A stretch of 63,947 nt of DNA, counting the filler, from Octopus bimaculoides (lineage: Eukaryota), in the NCBI RefSeq assembly GCF_001194135.2. It is 7 parts of 7 records of this genome, joined end to end, with 100 filler letters (N's around TTAATTAATTAA, not from the genome) between each part and the next. Parts side by side here need not be neighbours in the genome. Positions count along the whole stretch, not along the records: positions 62,411 to 63,947 come from NW_026404388.1; 6 more parts are not named here. One strand, 5' to 3'. The position numbers and the translations under genes are program-made. How positions within the stretch are numbered: position 1 is the first letter of the stretch; each line of letters begins with the position of its first letter. Positions 63,590-63,947 of the stretch are shown here, piece by piece. Below the pieces are notes generated by a model. That model saw only the letters and a list, made by a program, of their open reading frames with translations, did not search any database and was not told the DNA's origin.

Positions 63590-63810
63590 TACAAAGGAGC
63601 ACTGAAAAGTTCCTGGCTTTGAGGGTTCATTGAATGGCCTGGTTGGCAGCCCGATCTTCCAAGTTCTTTTACCCAGTGTAGAAAAACTGAAGGATCACTG
63701 CAATAAATGCGTGAATCTGAGAGAAGAATATGTTGAATAAGATCATAATTAATTGATCCTCTTGTATTTTCTTTTACTCAAAGCCAGGAACATTTCCATA
63801 CTTCCTCGTG
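63590..63810 (+). mobile_element. Internally deleted mariner (MITE-like) element
   Basis: Left end TACAAAGGAGCACTGAAAAGTTCCTGGCTTTGAG and right end CTCAAAGCCAGGAACATTTCCATACTTCCTCGTG share a 15-bp perfect inverted core. The interior encodes EKLKDHCNKCVNLREEYVE*, like a mariner transposase C-terminus. Confidence 0.7.
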
Positions 63811-63947
63811 TGTATGTGCATGTGTGTATACCATCGTTACCAGCGTTGCTTTACTGGCACATGAAAAACAACATTCATGCAAGGTCGTTGCCAGTGCTGC
63901 TGGACTGGCTCCTCTGCAGGTGGCACATAAAAAACACCATTTGAGCA

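Overview
AT-rich, microsatellite-saturated animal genomic DNA with about 6.9 kb (about 11%) of N gaps. The SINE families and repeat landscape point to an octopus or other coleoid cephalopod (inference). It is mostly intron or intergenic sequence. One exon is clearly recognisable: minus strand, 44130-44288, encoding the start of a KCTD1/KCTD15 (Drosophila Tiwaz)-type BTB/T1 domain (TAPVHIDVGGVIYTSSLEILT, then AG|GTAAG). Upstream on the same strand is a 1.66-kb stop-free Ser/Gly/Asn/Pro-rich candidate exon (46767-48431). The next BTB exon was not found, so it lies in a gap or beyond the window. The rest is decayed mobile DNA: three tRNA-derived SINE families, Tx1 and RTE LINE fragments, a Ty3/gypsy gag, DD37D (maT)-type and mariner DNA transposon pieces and MITEs, and Penelope-like remnants. 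There is also a 5'-truncated tRNA-Arg(CCU). Most interesting: (i) about seven minimal Penelope-type hammerhead ribozyme motifs, one of them forming the 3' tail of a tRNA-headed SINE; (ii) an apparently intronless, decayed KCTD1/15-like copy on the opposite strand about 5.5 kb from the BTB exon; (iii) a stop codon and overlapping ORF that separate the BTB frame from upstream exons; (iv) a 161-bp inverted repeat whose only two mismatches are A.C. All family assignments come from remembered motifs; no searches were run.
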